DNA of 64,000 bases. Origin: an uncultured Gemmatimonadales bacterium (GTDB lineage Bacteria; Gemmatimonadota; Gemmatimonadetes; Gemmatimonadales; Gemmatimonadaceae). The DNA is taken from assembly GCA_963793305.1 (NCBI GenBank), contig CAWBZV010000003.1, positions 384,001 through 448,000 of the forward strand, given 5' to 3'. Below the pieces are notes generated by a model that was given only the letters and a program-made list of their open reading frames with translations, was not told the DNA's origin and ran no database searches. The position numbers and the translations under genes were made by a program. Of this stretch, positions 1-10,903 are shown piece after piece (the first letter of the stretch is position 1; each line of letters begins with the position of its first letter).

Positions 1-261
1 CACCGCCAATGGCCCGCGAGGGCACAGGCAAGGGCGAACCGGTGGGGTAAGAGCCCACCGCGCCTCCGGTGACGGGGGCGGCATGGTAAACCCCAGTCGG
101 AGCAAGGTCAAATAGGCGGCGAGGGGTGGCCCACCCCGAGGCACGACATAAGCCGCGGGTAGACTGCTAGAGGACGCGGGTGACCACGTCCCCAGAGAAA
201 TGACCGTCCGGGTGGGGATAAAAACCCTCCCGACAGGACCCGGCTTACAGACCGGCGGTAC
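1..261 (+). ncRNA. rnpB: RNase P RNA (type A), 5' part lies outside the window
   Basis: Conserved rnpB segments GGTAAGAGCCCACCG, GGTAAACCCC...GGAGCAAG, AGAGAAATGACCG and 3' ACAGGACCCGGCTTACAG. Confidence 0.93.
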
Positions 262-323
262 GAACGAGGCGGCCTCCCAGGGGTGACTTGGGGGGCCGTC
301 TTCTGCTTAGCTTCTTGGGCATC

Positions 324-1187
324 GTGAAACAACGCGTATTGCACGTCGCCATTCTCGCCGCGCTAACCGCCTGTGGGCCGACGGCGAGCCATGAACCTCG
401 CCCTCCGGCGCCTGCGGCGCCGAGTGAACACAGGGCGCCACCGCCATTCGTGCCGCCGCGCTACGCCGTAGGCCGTGGCGCATACCAATTGACGTCGACG
501 GCCACGATCCAGTTCGTGGGCGACTCGTCCGCAAAGCCCGACACACTGGTGACGGCAGTCGTCGTCCGATACAATGCCTCGTGGACCGGCACGGGTCTCG
601 ATTTCACCGGCTCGGTCGAGTCCCGCGTGACGGCCGCCTCGGCCCGCATGCTCCAGGCAAACGGCGAGTCACTCGATCCGGTCCCGTTCCGGGCGGTCGT
701 CGATACAGTTGCCGGAACAGTTCGCCTGATCGGCGATTCGTCGGTGACTGAAGCAACGTGTCCATCGCCACACGCCGGCGCGCTGGCCGCGGCACGGCAG
801 TATCTGGCCTCGATCCCTCGCACGCTCGCGCCGGGCGCGTCGTGGACCGATACGACGATGGCGACCACGTGTCGCGGCGAGATCCCGGTGACGACGACGG
901 CCGTCCGGCATTTCACGGTCAGCCTCGAGCACTCGCAATCGACGCCGGTGATCGTCGTGTCGCACCTCTCGACAATCTCGATGCACGGCGAGACGTCTCA
1001 CCGTGGAAGGGGTGTGACGCTGACCGGCGCGGGCACCCGGCAGTACGAGGACCGCTACGACGCGTTCACTGGCGTGCTCAAGTCACGCGCCGCGATCATC
1101 GACATCGATCTCACCGTCGGCGTCGCCGGCGCGCCCAGTCGATTGCACGAGCACGTTGACGAGCACGCGGTCCCGATCGTCCCGTGA
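324..1187 (+). CDS. Hypothetical lipoprotein
   Basis: GTG at 324 gives a signal peptide ending in lipobox LTAC, then a Pro-rich linker and beta-rich domain. Confidence 0.7.
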   Translation: MKQRVLHVAILAALTACGPTASHEPRPPAPAAPSEHRAPPPFVPPRYAVGRGAYQLTSTATIQFVGDSSAKPDTLVTAVVVRYNASWTGTGLDFTGSVESRVTAASARMLQANGESLDPVPFRAVVDTVAGTVRLIGDSSVTEATCPSPHAGALAAARQYLASIPRTLAPGASWTDTTMATTCRGEIPVTTTAVRHFTVSLEHSQSTPVIVVSHLSTISMHGETSHRGRGVTLTGAGTRQYEDRYDAFTGVLKSRAAIIDIDLTVGVAGAPSRLHEHVDEHAVPIVP

Positions 1188-1645
1188 TCATGCGACTTCT
1201 CGGGTTGTTGCTCGTCGGCACGCCACTCCTCGCGCAGGGACGGACGCCGGAGCTCGCCGGCACGTGGACCTTAAACGCGACGAAGAGCCGCGCGTCGCAA
1301 CCACTCCCGGTCGGACGCACGCTGGTGATCGACCGTGCGGTGAACGGGTATGTCGTGCACCAGATCGATGGCTCGGACTCCGCGACATTCCAGATCTCGC
1401 TCGCCGGCTCGGGCGCCAAGGTCAACCAGTCAGACGGCGCGAGCGTCGTTCGCTACACCGCGCACGCGATGGCCGACACGATCGTGTATGTCGTCGATAT
1501 CACGGTCGACAACCAGGGACTCGTCGGCACACAGAGTGGGCGACTCTTCGTGTCGAACGGTGGCCGGATGCTCACGGACCTGAGCGAGCTCGTGGCCGGC
1601 GGGGATCCGGTCGAGCAGCAGCTCGTCTACGACAAAAAGCGCTAG
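1184..1645 (+). CDS. Hypothetical secreted protein (lipocalin-like GTWTLN start)
   Basis: Signal peptide; GTGA overlap with the upstream gene. Confidence 0.7.
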   Translation: MIMRLLGLLLVGTPLLAQGRTPELAGTWTLNATKSRASQPLPVGRTLVIDRAVNGYVVHQIDGSDSATFQISLAGSGAKVNQSDGASVVRYTAHAMADTIVYVVDITVDNQGLVGTQSGRLFVSNGGRMLTDLSELVAGGDPVEQQLVYDKKR

Positions 1646-2748
1646 TCGACCAAGCGCAGCGGCATCACCAGACAGAGAAACTTCGCGCGGTTCGCCCAGC
1701 CCTCGGGCTCGATCGTCGCCGCGCGCTCGGGGGCCTTGAACGTCAAGCGCACCTCGTCCGTCGGCATGTACTTGAGGATCTCGAGCAGGTAGGACGCGTT
1801 GAACCCAATGTCGAGCGGGTCGCCCGTGTAGCGTACGGCTAGCTCATCCTGTGCCTCACCAAGATCCGGCGTCTGTACGCTGAACTTGGCCATGCCCGAG
1901 TTGAGCCCAAGGCGCACGCGATGGGTTTGGTCAGACGCGACGATCGACATTCGGCGCAGGGTGCCCATGAGGGCCTGCTTGTCGGCAATGGCTATCCGGT
2001 CATTGTCCTTGGGAATTACGCCTTCGTACGGCGGATACGGCCCTTCGATCAACCGTGTGTAGACCGTGGTGAGTGGAGAGCGGAAGCCAAGGTGATTTTC
2101 GCCCCGCGCGATCTCGAGCTCCTCGTCGGCCGGGAAGAGGCGTCGAACCTGGTCGAGCGCCTTTGGTGGCACGATTAGATCATGCGAACCAGACCCGGCG
2201 CCCGAAAGCTCCATCTTCGCGAGACGGTGGCCATTGGTGGCGACCATCCGCATATAGTCCGGCCGGAGCTCCCACAGCACACCGTTCAGAATCGGACGGC
2301 TCTCTTCGGTGCTCACCGCGAAGGCGGTGTGCCCGATCAACTCGTGCAAGTCGGCGGAGCGTGCCCGCCAACCCCCTTCGAACTTGACGGTCGGGAACGT
2401 CGGGAACTCATCGCGTGGGATCCCGAGCAGCTTGAATTTCGACCGACCGCTCTCGATCGTGATCCGTTGTTCGCCGGCGGCCGCGATTTTGACAGGTGAC
2501 GGCAGGAGCTCCCGCGCGATATCGCTCAGTTTGCGTGCGGGGATGGTGACGGCACCGTGTGCCTCGACATCAGCATTGACCTCGGTGCTGACGGCAATGT
2601 CCAGATCCGTGCCCGACAACCGAATGCCACGATCAGTTGTCTCGACGAGAATGTTCGCCAGAACGGGAAGTGTGGTCTTTGACGGAATGCTCGCCGCAAC
2701 GGCCGCCAAACCCTCCTGGAGTTTTTCACGTGTAATCGTGAAGCGCAT
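1642..2748 (-). CDS. dnaN: DNA polymerase III beta clamp
   Basis: TLPVLANIL, GTDLD, ATNGHRLA, RLIEG, VMPLR motifs; lies downstream of dnaA. Confidence 0.98.
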   Translation of the reverse strand: MRFTITREKLQEGLAAVAASIPSKTTLPVLANILVETTDRGIRLSGTDLDIAVSTEVNADVEAHGAVTIPARKLSDIARELLPSPVKIAAAGEQRITIESGRSKFKLLGIPRDEFPTFPTVKFEGGWRARSADLHELIGHTAFAVSTEESRPILNGVLWELRPDYMRMVATNGHRLAKMELSGAGSGSHDLIVPPKALDQVRRLFPADEELEIARGENHLGFRSPLTTVYTRLIEGPYPPYEGVIPKDNDRIAIADKQALMGTLRRMSIVASDQTHRVRLGLNSGMAKFSVQTPDLGEAQDELAVRYTGDPLDIGFNASYLLEILKYMPTDEVRLTFKAPERAATIEPEGWANRAKFLCLVMPLRLVD

Positions 2749-2986
2749 GTCTGCTGTCGTTAGTTAGTTAATAAGACAAGCAGTAGAACTAGTAGGGGAT
2801 GTGGGCTTGTGTACAATCGCGGCAAGTTACGGCCGCCGCGCGACTTTGCCTAGGCCGGCTCCTGTGCAATCGATCTGGATTCGTCCGAGTTTTGCCCAGC
2901 GGGTCACATCCGGATGCCGCTCGATGTGACTCAATGTGCAGAAACCAGCGCTGTCGACACGTTATCTACACTCGCAGTGTGGAGAG
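2749..2986. promoter_or_regulatory. oriC: Chromosomal replication origin oriC (dnaA-dnaN intergenic)
   Basis: AT-rich 2760-2777; DnaA-trio-like run AAG CAG TAG AAC TAG TAG (2778-2795); GGGA spacer; tandem DnaA-box-like TGTGGGCTT/TGTGTACAA (2800-2816); TTATCTACA at 2962-2970. Confidence 0.85.
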
Positions 2987-4408
2987 ATGTCCGCGCACCC
3001 GCTCGACCCGCGCTCTAAACGTCGGGTCCTGCTCCATCTCCTGGAGCACGCGCTCCAAGCTGTGGATGACCGTCGAGTGATCGCGGCCACCGAACGCGTT
3101 GCCGATCTCCACGAGCTGGACTTGCAGCATCTCGCGAACGAGATGCATGGCGACCTGGCGCGGCGCCGTCAGGGCCTTGGTCCGCGTCTTCGACTTGAGC
3201 CCCTCCACGGTGACGCCCCACTCCTTGGCGACAGCATGCTGGACGGCGTGCACCGTGAGCCCTGTCGCATCGCCTAGAGCCGGCGTGCCATCCGGGGCGA
3301 GCCGGATCTTGTCGCGCAACGCATCGCGCGCCAGGTCGACGCCAATCGCCCGGTGTTTGAGCGATGAGTAGGCGAGCAGCTTGATAATCGAGCCCTCGAG
3401 CTCGCGCACGCTGGACCTGACGTGCTCGGCGATGAACTGGATCACGTCCTCGGGGATCGTCGTCTCCAAGTGATCGAGTTTCGCCTTGTGCCGGAGAATC
3501 GCGACCCGATGCTCGAGGTCGGGCGCCTCGATGTCCGCGACCATCCCCCACTGGAACCGACTGACGAGCCTCGGCTCCAACCCGGGGATCTCACCCGGCG
3601 GGCGATCCGAGGTCAGGATAATCTGGCGGTCCCCTTCGTACAGCGCGTTGAAGGTGTGAAAGAACTCCTCCTGCGTGCCCTCTTTTCCCTTGAGAAAGTG
3701 CACATCGTCGACGAGCAGCATATCCGTCTCGCGATACTTCCGGCGAAAATCGCCATTCGTGCGCGTTTGTATCGCGGTCACCATCTCGTTCACGAACTGC
3801 TCGGTGCCGACGAGCGAGATCCGCGTGTTGGGACGCCGTTCGAGCACATCGTGGGCGATGGCTTGCATCAAGTGCGTTTTTCCGAGCCCGGTCGCGCCGT
3901 AGATGAACAACGGGTTGTACTGCTTGCCCGGGCTCACCGCGACCGCGTTCGCGGCCGCGAATGCCAGCTCATTCGACTTCCCGGCGACGAACTGCCCGAA
4001 CGTGTACCGAGGCTGGAGTGACGCTTTAATGGCCCCGGCCTGCCGCTTCGCTGCCGCGACCTCTTCGGGCGGCGGCGCGACGAACAAGTCCATCTGCGGC
4101 CGCGTCTTTCGTTCCTCGCTGACGCGAAAGACGACAGTGATCGGATGGCCGAGCGCGACCGGCGCGTAGCTGGCCATCATATCCGCGAACTTCGTGTCGT
4201 TCCAATCCGCGGCGAACTGGTCCGGCGTATTGACGATGAGTTTCGGGGGCAGGCCATTCGCCGCATCACTCGCCTTCTCCTCGAGACTCAGAGCCTCCGT
4301 GGGCTCGAGCCACGTACGGTACACCGCCTCGGTGAGCGTCTGCTTCGCTCGTTCGAGCAGGCGAGCCCATACTTCGGTTGCGGAGAGGGAAGTGGCGATG
4401 AGCGACAT
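2966..4408 (-). CDS. dnaA: Chromosomal replication initiator DnaA
   Basis: YNPLFIYG, GLGKTHL Walker A, QEEFFHTFN, GGRDHSTVIH. Confidence 0.99.
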   Translation of the reverse strand: MSLIATSLSATEVWARLLERAKQTLTEAVYRTWLEPTEALSLEEKASDAANGLPPKLIVNTPDQFAADWNDTKFADMMASYAPVALGHPITVVFRVSEERKTRPQMDLFVAPPPEEVAAAKRQAGAIKASLQPRYTFGQFVAGKSNELAFAAANAVAVSPGKQYNPLFIYGATGLGKTHLMQAIAHDVLERRPNTRISLVGTEQFVNEMVTAIQTRTNGDFRRKYRETDMLLVDDVHFLKGKEGTQEEFFHTFNALYEGDRQIILTSDRPPGEIPGLEPRLVSRFQWGMVADIEAPDLEHRVAILRHKAKLDHLETTIPEDVIQFIAEHVRSSVRELEGSIIKLLAYSSLKHRAIGVDLARDALRDKIRLAPDGTPALGDATGLTVHAVQHAVAKEWGVTVEGLKSKTRTKALTAPRQVAMHLVREMLQVQLVEIGNAFGGRDHSTVIHSLERVLQEMEQDPTFRARVERVRGHLSTLRV

Positions 4409-4443
4409 GAAGCGAAAAGCAACGTCGAAACCCAGGGGGCGCG

Positions 4444-4473
4444 AACGTAGGAGTCTGGTGGCAAAAATGTCAA
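4444..4473 (-). promoter_or_regulatory. Putative sigma70 promoter of dnaA
   Basis: Minus strand TTGACA-18bp-TACGTT upstream of dnaA. Confidence 0.55.
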
Positions 4474-4505
4474 CTGACAGACATCGAGACCTAAGCGGCT
4501 CTCGC

Positions 4506-4534
4506 TTGACCTAGGCCTAAGCGGCTCATAACTT
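4506..4534 (+). promoter_or_regulatory. Putative sigma70 promoter of the rpmH operon
   Basis: TTGACC-17bp-TAACTT. Confidence 0.55.
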
Positions 4535-4578
4535 TGGAAGTCTTTGCCGCACTGTTCTCGATTTTATTGGAGTATTAG

Positions 4579-4743
4579 ATGGGCAAGCCCACGTATCGTC
4601 CCCGCAATAAGCGCCGCATTAAGACGCACGGATTCCGTGCGCGAATGGCGACACGGTGGGGTCGTGAAACTTTGAGTCGCCGTCGGAAAAAGGGGCGTAA
4701 GCGGTTGACCGTTCGCTTGCCCTCGAAGTACGCCGGCGCGTGA
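4579..4743 (+). CDS. rpmH: 50S ribosomal protein L34 (missing from ORF track, 54 aa)
   Basis: Manual translation [54 protein letters not shown]. Confidence 0.97.
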   Translation: MGKPTYRPRNKRRIKTHGFRARMATRWGRETLSRRRKKGRKRLTVRLPSKYAGA

Positions 4744-5104
4744 GTCGTTTCCGCGACGGTATCGGCTGACCGCGAGCGCCGAGCTCGCCGCGGTACGCCG
4801 AGCGGGCAAGCGCGTTCGGTTGCCCGCGGGCGCGCCTGACTTGGAGGCCCGGGTCACGGCCTCCGCCCGATCGCACCCGCGCGTCGGATTCATTGTGCCA
4901 CGCTACAAGCACAGCGCCGTCGACCGCAACCGCCTCAAACGGCGGTTGCGCGAGCTGGTGCGGCGGCGACTGCTGGCCGAGTTGGCTGAGCTGCCGGCCG
5001 TCGACCTCGTGATCCGCGCGAAGCCTTCTCTCTACGATTGCTCGTTTGCCTCCTTGGCCGCCCAGATAGAAACCCTCCGCGACGCCGTGCGTAGGGTGCA
5101 GTGA
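4740..5104 (+). CDS. rnpA: RNase P protein; start uncertain (GTG 4740 is one base out of frame)
   Basis: FPRRYRL from 4748 in frame with RVGFIVP and [13 protein letters not shown] (RNR motif); follows rpmH. Confidence 0.9.
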
Positions 5105-5310
5105 GACACGTCTTTATTGCGCTCGTGCGCATGTATCAGGTCGGCCTTTCGCCGCTACTGCCCGCGTCCTGCCGTTATTATCCGAGTTGTTCGGCATACG
5201 CGATCACCGCGTTGGAAAAGTACGGCGCGGTGCGCGGCGCCTGGCTCGCGGTGCGGCGCATTTCGCGCTGTCACCCGTTCCACTCAGGCGGATACGACCC
5301 GGTTCCGTAA
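5101..5310 (+). CDS. yidD: Membrane protein insertion efficiency factor
   Basis: [23 protein letters not shown]. Confidence 0.96.
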   Translation: MRHVFIALVRMYQVGLSPLLPASCRYYPSCSAYAITALEKYGAVRGAWLAVRRISRCHPFHSGGYDPVP

Positions 5311-5316
5311 GAAACC

Positions 5317-6956
5317 ATGGATAAGCGACTACTACTGGCGCTGCTGCTTTCAGCGATCGTTTTCGTCATCTGACGAGTGGCTCTACCCACCGCAGCGGCC
5401 GACGCTGGCCCATGCGGGTGGCGCGCCACCGGCTGCCGCCGCGATCGCTCCTGGAGTGGCCTCTGCGGCTACTACTCCTGCTTCGACCGTGAGCCCGGCG
5501 GCGCCGACCGTCACCGGGCCGGCGGCTGAGTCCCTCGACGTCAAGACCACCGACGCCGTGTTCCGGTTCACGAACGTCGGCGCGGCGCCGGTCAGCGTCA
5601 CGATGCTCAACTACAACTCGACGCGCGTGCGGTCCGAGCAGGTCGTGCTGACACCCGTTGTGCGTTTGTTGCTCGCCGGCCCGAAGGACACGCTCGACTT
5701 GAGCAAGACCGCGTTCCAAATGCAAAAGACGGGATCGACCGTGTCGTTCACGGGTGACGTGAACGGTTCGCATGTCGACATCTCGTACGCGATCGCGCCG
5801 GACGGATACCTCGCCACGATGACCGGAAAGGTCACGGGCCCGGCCGCCTCGGACTCGAACCACCTGTTCGTACAGCTCCCTTCGACGTTCAAGTCGACCG
5901 AAGTGGACACGGTCGACGATCAGAACCACTTCGCGTACGCGGTCAAGCGGGTGAACGACGATCCGCAGGGGCTTCCGTTCGCCAAGCTCGACACGGTGCC
6001 CCATATCGTCCCGGGTCCGCTCTCGTGGGTCGCCGCGCGCAACAAGTACTTCGTCATTGGCCTCCTCACGAACTCGGCCGCGCCGTTCACCGCGGCTGAC
6101 TTCATTCGGAAGTCCGAAGCTGCCAGGGGCAAAGACCAAGACCATCGCCTCCGGCGCCGTTGCCCAGTCACTCCACAACGGGTCCTTCGGATTCCAGCTC
6201 TACGCCGGGCCTCAGGAATTCAGCCGGCTGCACGCACTGGGTCGCGAGTTCGAGGACGTGAATCCGTACGGTGGATTCTTGCACGGGGTCATGCAGCCGT
6301 TCGCGACGCTCATCGTCCGCATCATGATCTGGATGCGCGGTGAGCTGCAGCTCAACTACGGCTGGATCATAATTATCTTCGGGATCGCGATCCGCGTCCT
6401 ACTCTGGCCGCTCAACCAGCGGGCGATGCGAACCAGCCTTCGCATGCAAGCGCTGCAGCCCGAGATCCAGGCCGTGCAGGAGCGGTACAAGAGCGATTCG
6501 CAGCGGCAGCAGCAGGAGATGATGCGAGTGTACAGCGAGCATGGGTTGAGTCCCCTGTCACCCATCATGGGCTGTCTGCCGATGCTCATCCCGCTGCCGA
6601 TCCTGTATTGCTTGCTGTTCGTGTTGCAGAACACGATCGCCTTCCGCGGCGTGCAGTTCCTGTGGCTGCACGACATCTCGCTCAAAGATCCGTACTACAT
6701 CCTCCCGTTGGTCATGGGCGCGTCGTCGTATCTCGTCTCGTGGATCGGCATGAGAAACTCGCCGCCGAATCCGCAGGCGAAGATGATGACCTACGTGTTC
6801 CCCGCGATGATGACGTTTATCCTGGCGAATTACTCCGCTGGGCTCAATCTCTATTACGCCGTGCAGAACCTGGCGACGTTGCCGCAGCAATGGTTCCTGT
6901 CGAAAGAGCGGGCCAAATCCGCGACGGCGCCAAAAGTCGCTCCGGCCCGAGGATAA
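5317..6956 (+). CDS. yidC: Membrane protein insertase YidC (two apparent +1 frameshifts near 5372 and 6110)
   Basis: MDKRLLLALLLS start; NKYF; NYGWIII, LQPEIQ, GCLPML, WLHDISLKDPYYILP, AGLNLYY spread over three frames. Confidence 0.92.
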
Positions 6957-7661
6957 CGAACATCGGGCACGCCACGCTGCTGATCGAGATCGGCGGCGTG
7001 CGCGTGCTCACGGATCCGAATTTCGATCGGCGGCTCGCCGGCATCCTCCGCCGGGTCGCGCCTCCCGGGATCCCACTCTCCGAGCTGCCGCGGCTCGACG
7101 CGATCCTGCTGTCGCACGCTCACGCGGATCACTTGTCGCTCGCTTCGCTTCGCGCCCTGCCGCGCGACATCCCGATCTTCGCGCCGCCAGCCATAGCCCG
7201 TCGCCTCCGTGGCGGCGTTGGCGTTGCTCCCGGCGAGTCGGCCAACGTAGGGCCGGTCACCATAGAGGCGGCGGCCGCGAAGCATTGGGTGCCGGGTGGC
7301 GCGAACATGTACCTATTGAGCGCGAGCGAAGCGAGCGTGTTCTTCGCCGGCGACACGGGACTTAGCTTCCGCACGCACGAGATTGGCCGTAGGCCGCCGG
7401 GTTGATGTTGCGCTGCTACCGATCGGCAACGCCCCTTGGTGGCGACCGGGCTTCCGCAGAGGCCACCTGTCGAGCGACGATGCCCTCGTACTCTTCGAGC
7501 GGCTCGGCGCTCGCTATCTGATCCCGTACCACTGGGGTACGTTCCACCACGTGACATCGGGCCCGTACACGGCAAAGCGCCGCCTCGATGCGCTCCTCAA
7601 AGACCATCCGCGTCGCAACGACGTGATCGCGCTCGAGCCCGGGACGTCATGTGCTCTCTGA
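6890..7661 (+). CDS. MBL-fold metallohydrolase (NAPE-PLD/UPF0173-like); frameshift near 7391; start uncertain (ATG 6890 or ATA 6953)
   Basis: [27 protein letters not shown], then LLPIG and IPYHWGTF in the next frame. Confidence 0.8.
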
Positions 7662-8982
7662 CGACACGATTGACACGATCGCCGCGCTCTCGACTCCGCC
7701 TGGCCGCGGAGCCCTCGCGCTCATTCGCCTGAGCGGCCCGCGTGCGTGGGAGATCGCGGAGTCGGTCCTCACGCCGTGGCCACTCACACCACGCCGTGCG
7801 ACCTTGGTCTCTGTGCGCGACCCTGCGACAGCCGTGGTCCTCGACCGGCCGATCGCGACACTGTACGAAGCGCCACACAGTTTCACGGGTGAGCACGCGG
7901 TCGAGATCACGACGCACGGTGGCGCGATCGTCCCGGCCACCGTCCTCGCCGCGCTCGTCTCCGCTGGCGCACGCCCGGCGCTCCCCGGCGAGTTCACCCG
8001 CCGCGCGGTACTCAACGGCAAGCTCGATCTCGCCCAAGCCGAAGCGATCGGCGATCTCGTCGACGCCCGCAGCCCCTCGGCCCAACGCGTCGCGCTCTCC
8101 CAGCTCGACGGCGGACTCTCGCGCCGCGTCGCCGCGCTGCGCACGGCCTTGCTCGACACCGAGGCGTTGATCGCCTACGACATCGACTTCCCTGAAGAAG
8201 ACGACGGCCCGATCCCGCGCGAGCGCGTCGCCAGGTCCGCCGCGACGGCCGCCGCCTCACTGGCGCAGCTGCTGGCCACCGCGCCCATTGGCGAGCTGGT
8301 ACGCGATGGCGCGCTCGTCGTCATCGCGGGGCCGCCAAACGCCGGCAAGTCGTCACTGTTCAATGCTCTCTTGGGCCGCGCCCGGGCACTCGTCACCGAT
8401 GTCCCCGGGACCACGCGCGACGCGATCGAAGCGCTCGTCGAGCCCACGGGAGCTGCGTTTCCCTTACGGCTGGTCGATACGGCGGGCCTGCGCGAGACCG
8501 CCGACACGGTCGAGCGGCTCGGCATCGAAGTAAGCGAGCGCTATCTGCGCGACGCACACGCGGTGCTCGCCTGCGGCGAGACCGCCCCTGCTCTCACCGA
8601 AACCGTCGCGCGCGTGCACGCGCTTACCCCGGCGCCGGTCGTGCCGGTCCGCACCAAGGCCGATCTCTACGGAGTCGGGGTGAGTGCCGAAACCGGTCAA
8701 GGTTTGCGCGAGCTTCTAGACGAGGTGTATCGCGCGATCGGCTCGACGCCCAGTGACCCCGATACGCCAATAGTCACCCGTGCTCGACACCGGGCGAGTC
8801 TTACCGAGGCCGAGGCCGAGCTATGTCAGTTTCAGGACACCTGGGCGGCCGGCGCGGTGCCGGCAGTAATTGCCGCGGTCCACCTGCGCGCGGCGGTGCA
8901 CGCGCTCGAAGAGATTATCGGCGCCGTCGACACCGAGGATATTCTGGACCGCTTGTTCGCCGAGTTCTGCGTCGGAAAGTAA
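7651..8982 (+). CDS. mnmE: tRNA modification GTPase MnmE
   Basis: [38 protein letters not shown]-terminal FCVGK. Confidence 0.98.
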   Translation: MLSDDTIDTIAALSTPPGRGALALIRLSGPRAWEIAESVLTPWPLTPRRATLVSVRDPATAVVLDRPIATLYEAPHSFTGEHAVEITTHGGAIVPATVLAALVSAGARPALPGEFTRRAVLNGKLDLAQAEAIGDLVDARSPSAQRVALSQLDGGLSRRVAALRTALLDTEALIAYDIDFPEEDDGPIPRERVARSAATAAASLAQLLATAPIGELVRDGALVVIAGPPNAGKSSLFNALLGRARALVTDVPGTTRDAIEALVEPTGAAFPLRLVDTAGLRETADTVERLGIEVSERYLRDAHAVLACGETAPALTETVARVHALTPAPVVPVRTKADLYGVGVSAETGQGLRELLDEVYRAIGSTPSDPDTPIVTRARHRASLTEAEAELCQFQDTWAAGAVPAVIAAVHLRAAVHALEEIIGAVDTEDILDRLFAEFCVGK

Positions 8983-8985
8983 GAT

Positions 8986-9681
8986 CTAGACTGCCGCGAC
9001 CGGGCGCCGCTCGGCGTCGCGAAGCCGGCGAGCAATAATAGTGTGGTTCTTGGCCGACGCGATCATCGCTGGCGTCTGCCCGGTGTCCATGTGCGCCGAC
9101 GGATCGGCGCCGAGTCGGAGCAGGGCCTCGACCGCCGGGGCCGCACCGCGGGATGCGGCGTTGTGCAATGGCGTGATCCCCGACGCCGCGCGCGCGTTTG
9201 GCGTGGCGCCGCGACGGACCAGGAGCTCGATCACCGTCGGATTGCACACGCCAGTGACGGCCAGATGCAGCGGGGTATTCGCCATGGCATCGCGCACGGT
9301 CGCATTCGGATCCGCGCCCGCATCGAGCACGCGGCGCAGCGCCACGGACTGACCCGCGAACGCCGCGAGGTGCGCAATCGTCCACCCGTTCGCCATGCGC
9401 TCGCGCACGATCGCCGGGTTGGTCTCCAGCAGCGCTACGAGTCGCGGGATGCACCCAACGGCCGCCGCCTCGAACGCATCGAGCTCCGTCCGCTCGGCCA
9501 CCAGCACCGCCACGTCGAGTCGACGGCGAAAGACCGCGGGGAGCACGATGCTCTCCCCAGTCATCTTTCGCGCCGCGGGTACCAACTCCGGCGCGGCCGC
9601 GAGCAATGCGCGGACCGCGACGAGGTCACCGCAACGAACGGCTTCGACGAATGCGTGCGTGGCTAGCGGGTACTCGCGCAC
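8986..9681 (-). CDS. Ankyrin repeat protein
   Basis: TPLHLA/TPLHNAA...GADP ankyrin repeats. Confidence 0.88.
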   Translation of the reverse strand: MREYPLATHAFVEAVRCGDLVAVRALLAAAPELVPAARKMTGESIVLPAVFRRRLDVAVLVAERTELDAFEAAAVGCIPRLVALLETNPAIVRERMANGWTIAHLAAFAGQSVALRRVLDAGADPNATVRDAMANTPLHLAVTGVCNPTVIELLVRRGATPNARAASGITPLHNAASRGAAPAVEALLRLGADPSAHMDTGQTPAMIASAKNHTIIARRLRDAERRPVAAV

Positions 9682-9728
9682 CAGGGCTCTCCAGACCGAA
9701 ACAGGGACCCAAACCCTAGCCCATCTAT

Positions 9729-9929
9729 TTACTGGTTGTCAACACCTTTGGTCGCCGACCGCCAGATTTCGTCGGCGAGCCACTCAAGGCGCTGTTGCGC
9801 GTAGTGGATGTCTTCCGGCGCCATTGTGCGATGTTCGCGCGTCAATGTGCGTACGTGCACAACTAGCTCGTCGAGCAACTCACGCAGCTCGATGCGCTCG
9901 CGGCGGTCGCCATCCTGACGCTTAGGCAT
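9729..9929 (-). CDS. Small helical hypothetical protein (66 aa)
   Basis: ATG 9929 lies 4 nt after the upstream stop; protein-like composition. Confidence 0.6.
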   Translation of the reverse strand: MPKRQDGDRRERIELRELLDELVVHVRTLTREHRTMAPEDIHYAQQRLEWLADEIWRSATKGVDNQ

Positions 9930-9933
9930 GCAC

Positions 9934-10872
9934 TCACGCCGAGGCAGCGGTTGTCCGAGCAAGCGCCGCGATCTCCTCTGCGCTCGCCCTAATACACCAC
10001 GCCAAGCCATTTGCCGCGACAGCAGGCTCGGCCATCCGTGCGCCGAGGTAGTATCCGCTGCGCTCAGGGAGCACGTAGCGGTCGACAGTGCGCGCTTCGT
10101 CGCTCACGCCACCCGATAGATAGCGCAAGCGAAGCCCGAGGCCCCGGGAATGGAGGTCGGCGTCGGCAGAGCGAGCGATGACCGACTCCAGCTCGCGAAC
10201 GCGCGCGTACTGGCGACGCCCGTAGCCGAAGTACTCCCACGCCGCGTGCCCAGGCGCGAGTGCGCGCGAGACGTGGACGGCGAGGCCCTCGTTCACGACG
10301 TGCTCGCGCAGGGTCGCGTGTCGACCCGTCTCCCAGTACGAGTACTCGCCCCCATCAAGCCGAATCAGCGACGAGAGCTCGCTGCGACTCGTCGGCGAGG
10401 TGTAGCGCACCGCGTGCGCGATCTCGTGCGACAGCCACAACGGGATGAGCTCGGGCTCGAGCCCCAAGCCCGCGGTCTCGGGATTCTGCACACTCGTAAA
10501 GTGCTCGAGGCAGACAAACGCGACGCCGCGACCACGCACGACGAGCTCACCCGCGTTGGCGGCGCCGACGCCGACCATGAGCACCGTGTCGACCTCAACG
10601 TCGGACTCGAGCACACCCGCGCATGCCTCGGCCGTGACGCGCGCGAGCGCCGCGACATCGGTGCGCTCGACGAGCGCGATGAGATCCGAGCGGTCGGCGA
10701 GCGCGGCCGAACGCACGACTTCGGCGAAGTGCGGGCCGTCAGGGTCGACGACGTAGTTGTGCCAGTACGACTCGAGCAGCGGTCGGTGCGCTTCGTAGTA
10801 GCGCAGATACGCTTGGAGCCGATCGGTGCTGTTCAATACCGCGAAGAAGTCTGGCAGCAGGTTGATCAGCAT
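9934..10872 (-). CDS. Putative Zn-dependent protease (DUF2268-like)
   Basis: HEIAH plus downstream NEGLA and GYYLG motifs. Confidence 0.7.
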   Translation of the reverse strand: MLINLLPDFFAVLNSTDRLQAYLRYYEAHRPLLESYWHNYVVDPDGPHFAEVVRSAALADRSDLIALVERTDVAALARVTAEACAGVLESDVEVDTVLMVGVGAANAGELVVRGRGVAFVCLEHFTSVQNPETAGLGLEPELIPLWLSHEIAHAVRYTSPTSRSELSSLIRLDGGEYSYWETGRHATLREHVVNEGLAVHVSRALAPGHAAWEYFGYGRRQYARVRELESVIARSADADLHSRGLGLRLRYLSGGVSDEARTVDRYVLPERSGYYLGARMAEPAVAANGLAWCIRASAEEIAALARTTAASA

Positions 10873-10903
10873 CGCGGCGTCAAGATAGCCGTTCAACGAG
10901 TGT

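Noticed and set aside
108..344. 78-aa ORF on the minus strand
   Set aside because: Antisense to the RNase P RNA gene.
5371..5373. TGA readthrough or selenocysteine in yidC
   Set aside because: The downstream sequence continues in a different frame, so it is an indel rather than readthrough.
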